Below, one piece after another: positions 8,202 to 18,111 of a DNA stretch of 64,000 bases. The translations under genes were made by a program, and so were the position numbers. Within the stretch, counting starts at the first letter, position 1. The number at the start of each line of letters is the position of its first letter. The notes beneath the pieces were generated by a model, which worked only from the letters and a program-made list of their open reading frames with translations, made no database searches and was not told the origin of the DNA. The stretch comes from Planctomycetota bacterium (GTDB taxonomy: Bacteria; Planctomycetota; UBA11346), in contig JBBRLJ010000003.1 in the NCBI GenBank assembly GCA_038231435.1, positions 1-64,000 of the forward strand. Direction: 5' to 3'.

Positions 8202-9842
8202 ATGCACTCCATCCAGCTGTACAATACGCTCAGCCGCAAGAAGGAGCCCTTGAAGCCGCTCAAGGCGGGTTCGATCGGCATGTACGTCTGCGGCGTGACT
8301 CCGTACGACGATTGCCACATCGGCCACCTGATGGGTCCGGTGGTGTTCGATGCGATCGCGCGCTGGCTACGCGCGCGCGGGCTCGCGGTGCGCTTCGTCA
8401 ACAACATCACCGACATCGACGACAAGATCATCGACCGCGCCAAGCGCGGCGGCGAGCCCTGGGACGCGATCTCGAAGCGCTACACCGAGCAGTACTTCGC
8501 CTTTCTGAAGCGCCTGCGCATCGCCACCATCACCGATCATCCGCGCTGCACCGAGTACATCCCGCAGATGGTCGCCTACATCCAGGACCTGGTCGGGCGC
8601 GACCGCGCCTACGTGGCCGCCGATGGCGTGTACTACGACGTCCAGAAACAGCCCGGGTACGGCAAGCTCTCAGGCCGCAAGCTCGACGAGATGATCGCCG
8701 GCAGCCGCATCGGCCGCGACGTCGAGCTACGGCATCCCGCCGATTTCGCGCTGTGGAAACTCGCCAAGCCGGACGAGCCGAGCTGGCCCAGCCCGTGGGG
8801 CGCCGGGCGCCCGGGCTGGCACATCGAATGCAGCGTCATGTCGCGCGAGACCCTCGGCGAGACCTTCGACATCCACGGCGGCGGCGACGATCTGAAATTT
8901 CCCCACCACGAGAACGAGATCGCCCAAGGCGAGGCGCATGGCGGGGATTACGCGCACTGCTGGATGCACAACGGCCTCATCCAGTACGAGGGAGTCAAGG
9001 TCGGCAAGTCCGATCCGCGCATGAAGGACCCCGCGTTCGCCGGCCGCTTCAAGGCCGCGCACCTGCTCGACACCTACGGCGCCGCCACCATCCGCTTCCT
9101 GCTGCTGCAGGGCCACTACCGGCGGCCGAGCGACTTCGCCGAGAAGGCGCTCACTGCGGCGCGCACCGCGCTGGGCAGGCTGCACGCGCAACTCGGCGAG
9201 TCGATGACGCAGCCCATCGATGGGTCGCTGGACGAAGCCGCCAAGCTGACGCGCATCGCGGAGCTCGCCCTGCCCGCGCCGCTGGCCGCGCACCGCGACG
9301 CATTCTTCACGGCGATGGACGACGACTTCGGCACCGGTGGAGCGATCGCGAGCCTGTTTTCGATCGCCGCCGAGGCGCGCAAGCTCGACGCGGACGAGGC
9401 CCGCGCTGCCACCCTGCTGGTGCGCGATCTCGGCCGACTGATCGGGCTGTTCATGCCCGGCGATGAGAAAGACACCTCGGCGCAATCCGATGCCGGATCC
9501 GCGTCGCTCGACGGCGTAATGGCGCTGATCCTGGATCTGCGCCAGCAGGCACGCGCGAACCGCGCCTTCGCCATCAGCGATCGCATACGCGAAGCGCTGG
9601 CCAAGGCGGGCATCGCCATCAAGGATGCCAAGGACGGCGCCTCGTGGGAGCGAGCCGGTTCGGCCGAGGACGCGCTCGCCCAGGCGATGGCGCTGGTGAT
9701 CGAATTACGCCAGCGCGCGCGGACCGACAAGGATTTCGCGACCAGCGACCATATTCGCGACGCCCTCGCGAAAGCCGGCGTCGCCATCGCTGACGGCAAG
9801 GACGGTGCGACTTGGAGCCACACGAGAGCGCAGACGTTGTGA
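8202..9842 (+). CDS. cysS: Cysteine--tRNA ligase with a duplicated C-terminal domain
   Basis: LYNTLSR, YVCGVTPYD, HIGH, NITDIDDKII, DFALWK, GRPGWHIECS, DIHGGG.DL.FPHHENE. Confidence 0.97.
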   Translation: MHSIQLYNTLSRKKEPLKPLKAGSIGMYVCGVTPYDDCHIGHLMGPVVFDAIARWLRARGLAVRFVNNITDIDDKIIDRAKRGGEPWDAISKRYTEQYFAFLKRLRIATITDHPRCTEYIPQMVAYIQDLVGRDRAYVAADGVYYDVQKQPGYGKLSGRKLDEMIAGSRIGRDVELRHPADFALWKLAKPDEPSWPSPWGAGRPGWHIECSVMSRETLGETFDIHGGGDDLKFPHHENEIAQGEAHGGDYAHCWMHNGLIQYEGVKVGKSDPRMKDPAFAGRFKAAHLLDTYGAATIRFLLLQGHYRRPSDFAEKALTAARTALGRLHAQLGESMTQPIDGSLDEAAKLTRIAELALPAPLAAHRDAFFTAMDDDFGTGGAIASLFSIAAEARKLDADEARAATLLVRDLGRLIGLFMPGDEKDTSAQSDAGSASLDGVMALILDLRQQARANRAFAISDRIREALAKAGIAIKDAKDGASWERAGSAEDALAQAMALVIELRQRARTDKDFATSDHIRDALAKAGVAIADGKDGATWSHTRAQTL

Positions 9843-9945
9843 CCCTGGCGCGGTGACCCGACGGGCCCCAGCGCGGGCGAGTCCGACCTCCAATACCCTC
9901 CGAGTCAGGAAAAGCCGTCACATCGACCGGCATTGCGCATTTTTC

Positions 9946-9957
9946 GATAACGTTATC
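9946..9957. promoter_or_regulatory. Candidate LacI-family operator GATAACGTTATC
   Basis: Perfect 12-bp palindrome with central CG in an AT-rich patch about 40 nt upstream of a carbohydrate-active gene; recurs at 13939-13949. Confidence 0.6.
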
Positions 9958-9997
9958 TTTTTTTGATTCCCGACCACTGTCTACCTGGAGCACGACC

Positions 9998-12688
9998 ATG
10001 CCCTTCCGCGCCGCAGGCTGTCTGGCTCTCGTCGCGTGCATGGGCTTGCAGCCCTTCCTGGGAGCGGCCGAAGGCGCTGGCGCCGCACCGGCTCCTGCCT
10101 GGGAACAGGTCGGCTGGGGTGGCGGGTCGTTCTACTTCGCCGCCGCATGGCACCCCACGGCTGAGAACGTCATCTACCTGGGCAGCGACTGCGCCGGCGC
10201 CTTTCGCAGCGAGGACAAGGCCAAGCTGTGGCGCTTCGCCAATCGCGGGATCTGCGATTACGCGGTGTACTCGCTAGCCGTCAGCCCCGCGTCACCCGAC
10301 CAGGTCTACGCGCTCACCGATGGCGGCCTGTGCAAGAGCGTCGATCGCGCGAAGACTTGGGAATTCATCGCCGACAGCGCGGCGGCGAAGCTCGACATCC
10401 GCTCGGCCAGGAATGGATCGGTGCGGGCGGTGGCGATCGATCCGCGCAATGCGGAGGTCGTCTACGCCGGTTCGCACACCGGCACGCTGCACAAGACCGA
10501 GGACGGCGGCCGCACCTGGCGCGAGCTGACCTACCGCGATGCGCTGCCCAAGCCGAAGGCTTCCCCCTCCTTCCATGGCGCCGGCGCTCTCGCCCTCGCC
10601 TATGGATGCGACGCGGCAGGGATGGAGACCATGGGCCGCGTCAGCAAGACCTACGGTCCCGGCGCGGCGGCGAAGGACTGGTCTGCTTACAAGAAGCTGT
10701 CGGTGCATGTCCTCCTTCCCGGCGCCGCCCCGGTGCTGCAAGCCCAGCTGGTAGTGCAGACGGGCGACGCCTGGCTGTGGCAGGCGGGCACCTGGATCGA
10801 TGGCAAGCCCGGCGAGTGGATCGACGTGAGCCTCGACCTTGCGACCATCAAGGACCTCGCCTCGGTGCGCATGCTCCACGTCGTGCTGCGCTCTCCGCAG
10901 GCAGCCTGGAAGGGCGAGGTGCTGATAGATGCGGTGGCGCTGCACTCCGACGCGGCCGGCACGGTGGGTGCCGACCACGATCCGGATGGCACGTCCACCG
11001 TCCTGGTGGCAGACTGGGAGAAACCAGGCGACAGCGACGGCTGGAGCGCGAACCGTGAGTTCAAGGATTGCCTCCACGTCACTGCCGCCAGCCAGTCGCA
11101 GAAGAAGCAGGGCGGCGACACGCTGTCCTCGGTAGCGGTGGCGGCCAGTGAACCGGCCACCGTGTATGTCTCCAACACCATGCTCGGCGTGTTCCGCAGC
11201 GACGATGCGGGCGCCTCCTGGACCGCCCTGGATGCGCCGAAGAAGGTGCTCGACGTCGTCGTGTCGACCCGTGACGCGGGCGTGGTGTGGGCGGCCTGCG
11301 GCGCCGATGGCATCCACCGCTCGCTCGACCGCGGCAAGACCTGGACGGCGATGAACGAAGGGCTGACCAAGGGCTGCGCGATCCGCGAGATCGCCTTGCA
11401 TCCCGCCAAGCCCGACCTGGTCTACGCCATCGGCAGTGTCGGATGGGGTGGCTCCCTGTTCCGCTCCGACGACGGCGGGAAGTCCTGGTCGCACAACGAA
11501 GCGGTACGTGCCGGCATCCCTGGAAATCCGACCCTGCCCGCGGACGCCGTCGGAGCCGAGCGCCGCGTCGGCCTGAGCACGGTGACCAACCTCGCGGTCA
11601 ACCCGAAGAATCCTGATGAACTCTTCATCTGCGGGAACTGGCGCAACGTCTTCAGCGCCGATGGCGGCAAGACCCTGGAGGAGCGCTCGACCGGCGCCGA
11701 CAACACCTGCGCCACCGACATCCAGTTCCTCAACGGCAAGACCTACGCCACCGCCATGGACGAAGGCCTGATGGTGTCCGAGAACGACGGAGGCGAGTGG
11801 CGCCAGCTCATCCCGCTCACGTACAGCGACAACGTCAGCGGCCATTTCTGGCGCGTACGCGTGGCTAAGTCCGGCGCATCGACGCGCATCGTCACTACCG
11901 CCTCGCCTTGGAAATCCTTCGCCGATCCCACGTGCGCCAACCGCGCTTACGTCAGCGAGGATGACGGCAAGACTTTCGCCATATCGTCCGCCGGCCTGCC
12001 CGACTATGTGCCGAACGTGAATTGCATGTGGGGCCGCAGCTTTCCGCGCGCCCTCGCCGCCGATCCGAATCATCCGGACGTGATCTATCTGGGCATGGAC
12101 GGCGATCCCGAGCCGGCGCGAAAGCTGCCAGGCGGGGGCATATTCCGCTCCGTGGACGGCGGCAAGAGCTGGACGCGCTGCGCCGGACAACCGGGAGGAT
12201 TGCGCATGTACTATGGACTGGTCGTCGATCCCTCGGATTCCAAACGGCTGTTCTACAGCTGCTGCGGCGAGGGCGGCGGTGGCTGGCGCAGCGAGGACGA
12301 GGGTGCCACCTGGGAGCACGTGTTCACCGCCGAACCCTGGTGCTTCAACATCGAGGTCGCGCCCTCGGGCAAGGCGTTGGTGGGCGGCAAGAACCTCCAC
12401 CGCAGCACCGACCACGGAAAGACCTGGACCAAGATCACGAACTTCAGCGGGGACGCGACCATCGTCGGCATCGCCGTCGATCCCGCCGACGAGAAGCGCA
12501 TGTGGATCAGCCGCACCACCTGGAATTCGAGCGACGACGGCGGGATCTTCCGCACCACCGACGACGGCGCGACCTGGCAGGAAATCACCGGCGACATCCC
12601 TTTCCGCAAACCGCAGATCCTGCGCTACAATCCGGAAACGCACTACCTGTGGGCCGCCGGTGCGCCGATCTTCAAGCTGAAGCAGTGA
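9998..12688 (+). CDS. Secreted BNR/Asp-box beta-propeller protein (GH74/VPS10-like) with an inserted CBM-like domain
   Basis: Signal peptide, WEQVGWGGGSF start, about 13 S/T-x-D-x-G-x-T/S-W-type repeats; GGAG RBS. Confidence 0.8.
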   Translation: MPFRAAGCLALVACMGLQPFLGAAEGAGAAPAPAWEQVGWGGGSFYFAAAWHPTAENVIYLGSDCAGAFRSEDKAKLWRFANRGICDYAVYSLAVSPASPDQVYALTDGGLCKSVDRAKTWEFIADSAAAKLDIRSARNGSVRAVAIDPRNAEVVYAGSHTGTLHKTEDGGRTWRELTYRDALPKPKASPSFHGAGALALAYGCDAAGMETMGRVSKTYGPGAAAKDWSAYKKLSVHVLLPGAAPVLQAQLVVQTGDAWLWQAGTWIDGKPGEWIDVSLDLATIKDLASVRMLHVVLRSPQAAWKGEVLIDAVALHSDAAGTVGADHDPDGTSTVLVADWEKPGDSDGWSANREFKDCLHVTAASQSQKKQGGDTLSSVAVAASEPATVYVSNTMLGVFRSDDAGASWTALDAPKKVLDVVVSTRDAGVVWAACGADGIHRSLDRGKTWTAMNEGLTKGCAIREIALHPAKPDLVYAIGSVGWGGSLFRSDDGGKSWSHNEAVRAGIPGNPTLPADAVGAERRVGLSTVTNLAVNPKNPDELFICGNWRNVFSADGGKTLEERSTGADNTCATDIQFLNGKTYATAMDEGLMVSENDGGEWRQLIPLTYSDNVSGHFWRVRVAKSGASTRIVTTASPWKSFADPTCANRAYVSEDDGKTFAISSAGLPDYVPNVNCMWGRSFPRALAADPNHPDVIYLGMDGDPEPARKLPGGGIFRSVDGGKSWTRCAGQPGGLRMYYGLVVDPSDSKRLFYSCCGEGGGGWRSEDEGATWEHVFTAEPWCFNIEVAPSGKALVGGKNLHRSTDHGKTWTKITNFSGDATIVGIAVDPADEKRMWISRTTWNSSDDGGIFRTTDDGATWQEITGDIPFRKPQILRYNPETHYLWAAGAPIFKLKQ

Positions 12689-12690
12689 GC

Positions 12691-13719
12691 ATGACCCGCT
12701 CCCAGATCGCGTCCCAATGGCTACCGCTGTGCATCATCGGATTCGGTCTCGTCATCACCCTAGAGGCGGCTGAAAGCCCCGCCCCCATCGCGCCCCCCGT
12801 AGATGCATCGTGGTTGGCCAAGGTCGAGACCATCGAAAACGGCCTGGTGCGCGTCGGCGCCGATGCGCTGCACGGCGGACGCCTGGTGGAATATTCGCTG
12901 GGCGGGCGCAATGCGCTCTACAGCGATGCCCTCCATCCGGAGTGGGTGTTCCCCGACAACGACCATTGGGTCGGACCCGCGGGCGGACGCTTCGACATCG
13001 GTCCCGAGGAGATCCTGCTCGAACACACCGTGTTGACCGATGGGCCCTGGACGATCGAACGGGTTGACCGCCTGCACCTGCGCATGGTCAGCCCGGTCGA
13101 CACGGTCACTGGCGTGCAGCTGAACCGCGATGTGGTCCTCGACCCGGGCTCAACCAGGCTCAGGTGCACGACCACCACCACCAATCGCTCCGATCGGCTC
13201 CTGCACCGGTCGTACTGGGGCCGCTCGCTCGCTCCCGGCGGCGGCATCTTCATCACCTCGCTGACTCCTGACAGCCGCTTCCTCAACCAATTCATCGAAT
13301 ACACGCTCTATCCGACGTTCCAGATCCTGATGCAGCCCAAGGACCCGGCGGTAACGATACGCGGCGAATACCTGATGCTACGCGGCGCACCGCTCCAGCC
13401 CAAGATCGGCCTGGACACCCAGTCCGGATGGATGGCGTACCTGATGCGCACCGGGATGCTGTTCGTGAAGCGCTTCCCGGTCTACCCCGAACGCCGCTAC
13501 GCGGATCTGGCCGGCCTGACCATCTCGGTGTGGTCGAACCAGGATCGCATGGTCGAACTCGAACCCCTCGGACCTGAGGAACGCCTCGCCCCTGGGCAGA
13601 GCGCCACCTTCACCGAAGACTGGTGGCTGCTCGACCATCCCTTCCCCGCCGATGGCGAGGAGGTCGATCCGGCGCGCATCCGCGCCTTCGCAGACCAGCA
13701 GGCGCCGCCCGCGCCTTGA
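12691..13719 (+). CDS. Hypothetical protein, galactose-mutarotase-like/DUF4380-like
   Basis: IENGLVRV...GGRLVEYSLGGRNALY and ELEPLGP..RLAPGQS...EDW motifs; starts 2 nt after the upstream stop. Confidence 0.6.
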   Translation: MTRSQIASQWLPLCIIGFGLVITLEAAESPAPIAPPVDASWLAKVETIENGLVRVGADALHGGRLVEYSLGGRNALYSDALHPEWVFPDNDHWVGPAGGRFDIGPEEILLEHTVLTDGPWTIERVDRLHLRMVSPVDTVTGVQLNRDVVLDPGSTRLRCTTTTTNRSDRLLHRSYWGRSLAPGGGIFITSLTPDSRFLNQFIEYTLYPTFQILMQPKDPAVTIRGEYLMLRGAPLQPKIGLDTQSGWMAYLMRTGMLFVKRFPVYPERRYADLAGLTISVWSNQDRMVELEPLGPEERLAPGQSATFTEDWWLLDHPFPADGEEVDPARIRAFADQQAPPAP

Positions 13720-13938
13720 CGGCATCGAGCCCGCGGTCCTCCATTGGGGAATCGATGTGCGGAGTGCGGATGACCTGGATGGCTTCCCGCTGACGCGAGA
13801 TGATCAGGTACTTCCAGCCGGTGATGTATTTTTTGCTGAAGACGGACTTGGCGTTCACGGCCGAGTCGCGCAGTGACCAGTCAGTCGCTGAGGGCAACTA
13901 CCTCTGGCGCTACGCGCGGGACTACGGCGCTATGCGCG

Positions 13939-13949
13939 GATAACGTTAT
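13939..13949. promoter_or_regulatory. Second candidate LacI-family operator GATAACGTTAT
   Basis: Matches 11 of 12 positions of the 9946 palindrome. Confidence 0.45.
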
Positions 13950-13963
13950 GCGCGGACTCGGCG

Positions 13964-15061
13964 CTACGCCGCAGGTTCGCGGGACTTCAGGATCGGCGCC
14001 TGGAAACTGGTGGTCGGCGCGCGCGTGGGGGCTTCGGCTTTTGCCGCGGCGGCGGGCGACGTCGCGGCGGGAACGCCAGCAACCACATGCGCCGGCACGC
14101 CCTTCAGATCCCACACCATCCCCAGCCATGATTGGACCACCAGCAGGTACCAGCTGACATCGACTTCGTACCAGCGGAATCCCTGGCGCACGGTGGACTG
14201 GTAGTGGTGGTGGTTGTTGTGCCAGCCCTCGCCGAGTGTCAGCAGGGAGAGCAGAAAATTGTTGCGACTGGTGTCGCTGGTTTCGTAGCGGCGCGAGCCG
14301 AATACGTGCGCCAGGGAATTGATGGTGAACGTCGCGTGCGCAGTGATCACCGTGGAGATGAGGAACCAGACCAGCATCTGCGGGCCGCTGGTCTCCCAGC
14401 CAGTGCCCTTCAGGCTCGGAACGCAATGGTTGAGCACCATGCCCAGGCCCCAGCAAGCAAAGCCCAGAGACGCAGGCGCAAGAATGTCGAAACGATCGAG
14501 CCACAGCAGCTCGGGAAACTTCGCGAGATCCGGAACCAGCTCGAGCTTGCAGCGGAAGTTGGCCCGCGAAGCGAACCAGCCCATATGGCTCCACCAGAAG
14601 CCCTTCTGCTTGGGCGAGTGGGTGTCGTTGACCTCGTCGGAATAGCGATGGTGGTGGCGATGGTGCGCAGCCCACCACAACGGTCCGCGCTGGGCCGAGG
14701 TGTTACCGATGTACGCCCAGACGAACTGCCAGAAGCGGTTGGTCTTGAAGGTTCGGTGCGAGAAGTAGCGGTGGTACCAGCCGGTGATGGCGTGCATGCG
14801 CAACAGGTACAGGAACGCGGCCATGGCCACGGCCGTCCAACTCCACCCGACCAGGATCACGAACAGGCAAGACAGGTGCAGCAGCGCGAACGGGATGATG
14901 CGGACGCGATCGAGCTTCTCGGAGTCCGCCTTGCCGATATCGGCCTCAGCCTGGGTAGCGTAGACGGCGCTGGCATGCTTGGCGTTAGGATCACCGGAGT
15001 GGCTGTCGATCCACAGGCAGGCGGTCCTGGCACAGTGGCTGAACATGCGGCGGAACGTCAT
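13964..15061 (-). CDS. Acyl-CoA/acyl-lipid desaturase (delta-9 type)
   Basis: His boxes HRYFSH, HRHHH and GEGWHNNHH; INSLAH; TM segments. Confidence 0.92.
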   Translation of the reverse strand: MTFRRMFSHCARTACLWIDSHSGDPNAKHASAVYATQAEADIGKADSEKLDRVRIIPFALLHLSCLFVILVGWSWTAVAMAAFLYLLRMHAITGWYHRYFSHRTFKTNRFWQFVWAYIGNTSAQRGPLWWAAHHRHHHRYSDEVNDTHSPKQKGFWWSHMGWFASRANFRCKLELVPDLAKFPELLWLDRFDILAPASLGFACWGLGMVLNHCVPSLKGTGWETSGPQMLVWFLISTVITAHATFTINSLAHVFGSRRYETSDTSRNNFLLSLLTLGEGWHNNHHHYQSTVRQGFRWYEVDVSWYLLVVQSWLGMVWDLKGVPAHVVAGVPAATSPAAAAKAEAPTRAPTTSFQAPILKSREPAA

Positions 15062-15346
15062 GCGCTCTCGTGCGTTCGGCGCGGATCGAGGACCCGGCGC
15101 GGGGTGGAACGGATGAACTCGATGACGAACCGGGCAGGATCCGCGCCATCGTCGAGTAGCGCGCCAGCGGTCAGATCGCCACGCTGCGTCATCCCGGACA
15201 GTGTAGGGGCCGCAGCACGATTTCCACCACTTGTGGCGATCGTATGGGCGATTGCGTGTGATGCCGGAAGCGCTGCAAAGGTCGTGCTCCGAGCGGGATG
15301 CGACCATGGCCCCTTCAGGGTTCAAGGCGCGGAAGTGGGGCGGCGC

Positions 15347-17209
15347 TCAGCGCGAATCAGGAACGATGCCGCGTTTCTCGAGCAGCTGAGCCACCTGCGC
15401 GATCACCACCGCCTCGGGCTCGTTACCGCGGATGCGCAGATCGCAGACCGCAGTGCTGGTGCCATGCGGATCGACCTCGATGACCAGGCTGGTGGCGTCG
15501 CCGATCAGCGCCTGCACCGCGCCGTGATCAGCCAGGCCGATCGCGTTGGTGGTGGAGACCACCAGCATGCCGGCGTTGATGAGCAGATGCGCGACCTCGC
15601 CGAAGCGGCGCACCAGTTCGGAACGCGCCGCATCCACGGTGAGGTCGTGATCGACGCCGAGCAGCACGTTGGTGCCGTCGAGCATGTAGGCCTGGCGGTT
15701 CTCCTCGAACAGCGCCTTCTCGAGCGCGCGCGCGTAGCGCTGCTTGCCGACGCCGGCCTTGCCGACGAACATGATCAGGCCCGCGCGGTGGCCGAAACGC
15801 TTGGCGCGCTCGACCGGCGTCACGCCGCCCTTCACCCAGTTGAAGTCGCGCATGCGCGCTTCTGAGCGGAAATCGTCCTGGGCATCGGCGACGCCCGCGG
15901 TGACGATGCCGCCGCCGGCGACGTCGTAGCCGTCGACGATGACGAAGCGGCCAGTGGCGTCGCAATCGCCGATCAGGTCGTACGGCAGCGGCTGACGGCT
16001 CTCGAGGATCACATCCGCGACGTCGTGACGACCGACGTGGTCCTTGACCAGCTCGGTGTTCAACTCGGACGCGTCGATGACCTTGATGAGCTTATGAATG
16101 CGGATCGGCGCGGCGACGGTGCCGATCTTGATCTTGTAGTCGCGTCCCTGGACGAACGGCTTCTTGCCGAGCCAGATGAGGTTGGCGCGCAGCCGCGTGC
16201 TCACCAACGGCGCATGGCTGGCGTGGCTCATGATCTCGCCGCGGGTGATGTAGATCTCCTCGCTGAGCGTGAAGCCTGTCGACCACCCTGCCTCGACCTC
16301 GGTGCGCGGCGCCGCGTTGAAGGCCTCGATCGATTTGATCGTCGTCGATTTGTTCGACGGACTGAACACCACCTTGTCGCCCACCTTGGCGCGGCCGGCG
16401 TCGATGCGCCCGGCGATGATGCGCCGGTCATCGCCATGCCCGGTGAACTTGTAGACCGCCTGCACCGGCATGCGTAGCGGCAGCGCGTCCTTGGGGGGAG
16501 CCTTGGCAAAGCCATCGAGCGTCTCGAGCAGCGTCGGACCTTTGTACCAGTCCATCGGCTGCGAGCGGATCGCCAAGTTCTCGCCGTTGATGGCGGCGAT
16601 GGGGATGAACTGCTTGGGGCTGACCGCACCGATGGCGGCGAGGAATTCGCGGTATTCGGCCTCGATCTTGTCGAAATGCGCCTGGCTGTGGCCGACCAGG
16701 TCCATCTTGTTGACGCACACGACCACCTGGCGGATGCCGAGCATCGACAGGATGTAGCCATGGCGGCGGCTATTCTCGCGAACGCCTTCCTTGGCATCGA
16801 TGATCAACGCGGCGGCCTCGGCGCGGGCGGCGCCCGAAATCATGTTCTTGAGGAACTCGATGTGTCCGGGAGCGTCGATGATGATGTAGTCGCGGCGCGC
16901 GGTCTTGAAGAAGCAACGCGCGGTGTCGATGGTGATGCCCTGGTCCTGCTCATCCGACAGCGCGTCGAGCAGGAAGGCGTACTCGAACGGCTTGCCGGTG
17001 CGCAGGCATTCCTTCTTCACTGCGTCGAGCTTGCCTTGCGGCAGCGAATCGGTGTCGGCGAGCAGGCGGCCCACCACCGTGCTCTTGCCGTGGTCGACGT
17101 GGCCGACGATGACGATGTTCATCTGCTCGCTGGCGCTGGGCGCCGGCTTCAATGCACCCTTGGTGCTGCCGAGGGGATCCGGGGCGGAATTCTGGACGGT
17201 GGCGGTCAT
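15347..17209 (-). CDS. cysNC: Sulfate adenylyltransferase large subunit fused to an APS-kinase-like domain
   Basis: GHVDHGKST, QGITID, DAPGH, NKMD, TGRFVIVD; C-terminal CysC-like segment; TAATG overlap with cysD. Confidence 0.88.
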   Translation of the reverse strand: MTATVQNSAPDPLGSTKGALKPAPSASEQMNIVIVGHVDHGKSTVVGRLLADTDSLPQGKLDAVKKECLRTGKPFEYAFLLDALSDEQDQGITIDTARCFFKTARRDYIIIDAPGHIEFLKNMISGAARAEAAALIIDAKEGVRENSRRHGYILSMLGIRQVVVCVNKMDLVGHSQAHFDKIEAEYREFLAAIGAVSPKQFIPIAAINGENLAIRSQPMDWYKGPTLLETLDGFAKAPPKDALPLRMPVQAVYKFTGHGDDRRIIAGRIDAGRAKVGDKVVFSPSNKSTTIKSIEAFNAAPRTEVEAGWSTGFTLSEEIYITRGEIMSHASHAPLVSTRLRANLIWLGKKPFVQGRDYKIKIGTVAAPIRIHKLIKVIDASELNTELVKDHVGRHDVADVILESRQPLPYDLIGDCDATGRFVIVDGYDVAGGGIVTAGVADAQDDFRSEARMRDFNWVKGGVTPVERAKRFGHRAGLIMFVGKAGVGKQRYARALEKALFEENRQAYMLDGTNVLLGVDHDLTVDAARSELVRRFGEVAHLLINAGMLVVSTTNAIGLADHGAVQALIGDATSLVIEVDPHGTSTAVCDLRIRGNEPEAVVIAQVAQLLEKRGIVPDSR

Positions 17210-18111
17210 TACATGTACCCGTCGCGGCGGAGTTCTTCGAGCCCGTGCTTGCCGTCCTGCAGGCGGCCCGAGCGTTCGGCGATGTTGCGCAGCTTGCCGC
17301 TCTTGAGCTCGGCGATGATGTCGTCGACGTTCTTGGCGGTGGACTGGATCGGCGTCTGGCACGGGCCGCATCCCAGGGAGCGGTAGCGGGTGCCCGCGCC
17401 CTGGTCGTAGTAGAGCGAGACGGTGGGGATGTTCTCGCGCTTGATGTATTCCCAGATCGTCAGCTCGGTCCAGTCGAGCAGCGGATGGATGCGCACGTGG
17501 GTCCCGGGCGCGTAATCGGTCTTGAACTGGTTCCAGAACTCGGGCGGCTGGTCGCCGACGTCCCAGGCGTTGTTCTTGTCTCGCGGCGAGAAGTAGCGCT
17601 CCTTCGAGCGCGAGCCTTCCTCGTCCGCGCGGGCGCCGACGATGACGCCATGGTACGGTTCGCTGTCGGTATCCGGCTCGTAGCGGCCGGTCTCCCAGTT
17701 CAGGCGCGTGCGCGGACGCGTGCCCTGGAGGGTCGCCTTGAGGGCACCGGCCTTGAGCGCGCCGCAGCATGCCAGGCGGTCGACTTTGTCGGGATGGCCA
17801 TCGGGGAGATGCTTGGTCGCGGGGAACGTACGCCCGGCGGCGATGGTCTCAGTGTCCGAACCGACGACCATGTGCAGGCGGTATTCGCAGGCGAGGCGAT
17901 CACGGTAGGCGATCATCTCGGGCAGCTTGTAGCTGGTGTCGATGTGCACGAGCGGGAACGGCACGTGCCCGAAGAAGGCTTTGCGCGCCAACCACAAGAG
18001 GACGGTGGAGTCCTTCCCGATCGACCACAGCATGCACAGGCGTTCGAAATGGCGGAACGCCTCGCGCAGGATGTAGACGCTCTGTTGTTCGAGCAGCTCG
18101 AGGTGATCCAA
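17209..18111 (-). CDS. cysD: Sulfate adenylyltransferase subunit 2
   Basis: [50 protein letters not shown] start. Confidence 0.95.
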   Translation of the reverse strand: MDHLELLEQQSVYILREAFRHFERLCMLWSIGKDSTVLLWLARKAFFGHVPFPLVHIDTSYKLPEMIAYRDRLACEYRLHMVVGSDTETIAAGRTFPATKHLPDGHPDKVDRLACCGALKAGALKATLQGTRPRTRLNWETGRYEPDTDSEPYHGVIVGARADEEGSRSKERYFSPRDKNNAWDVGDQPPEFWNQFKTDYAPGTHVRIHPLLDWTELTIWEYIKRENIPTVSLYYDQGAGTRYRSLGCGPCQTPIQSTAKNVDDIIAELKSGKLRNIAERSGRLQDGKHGLEELRRDGYM

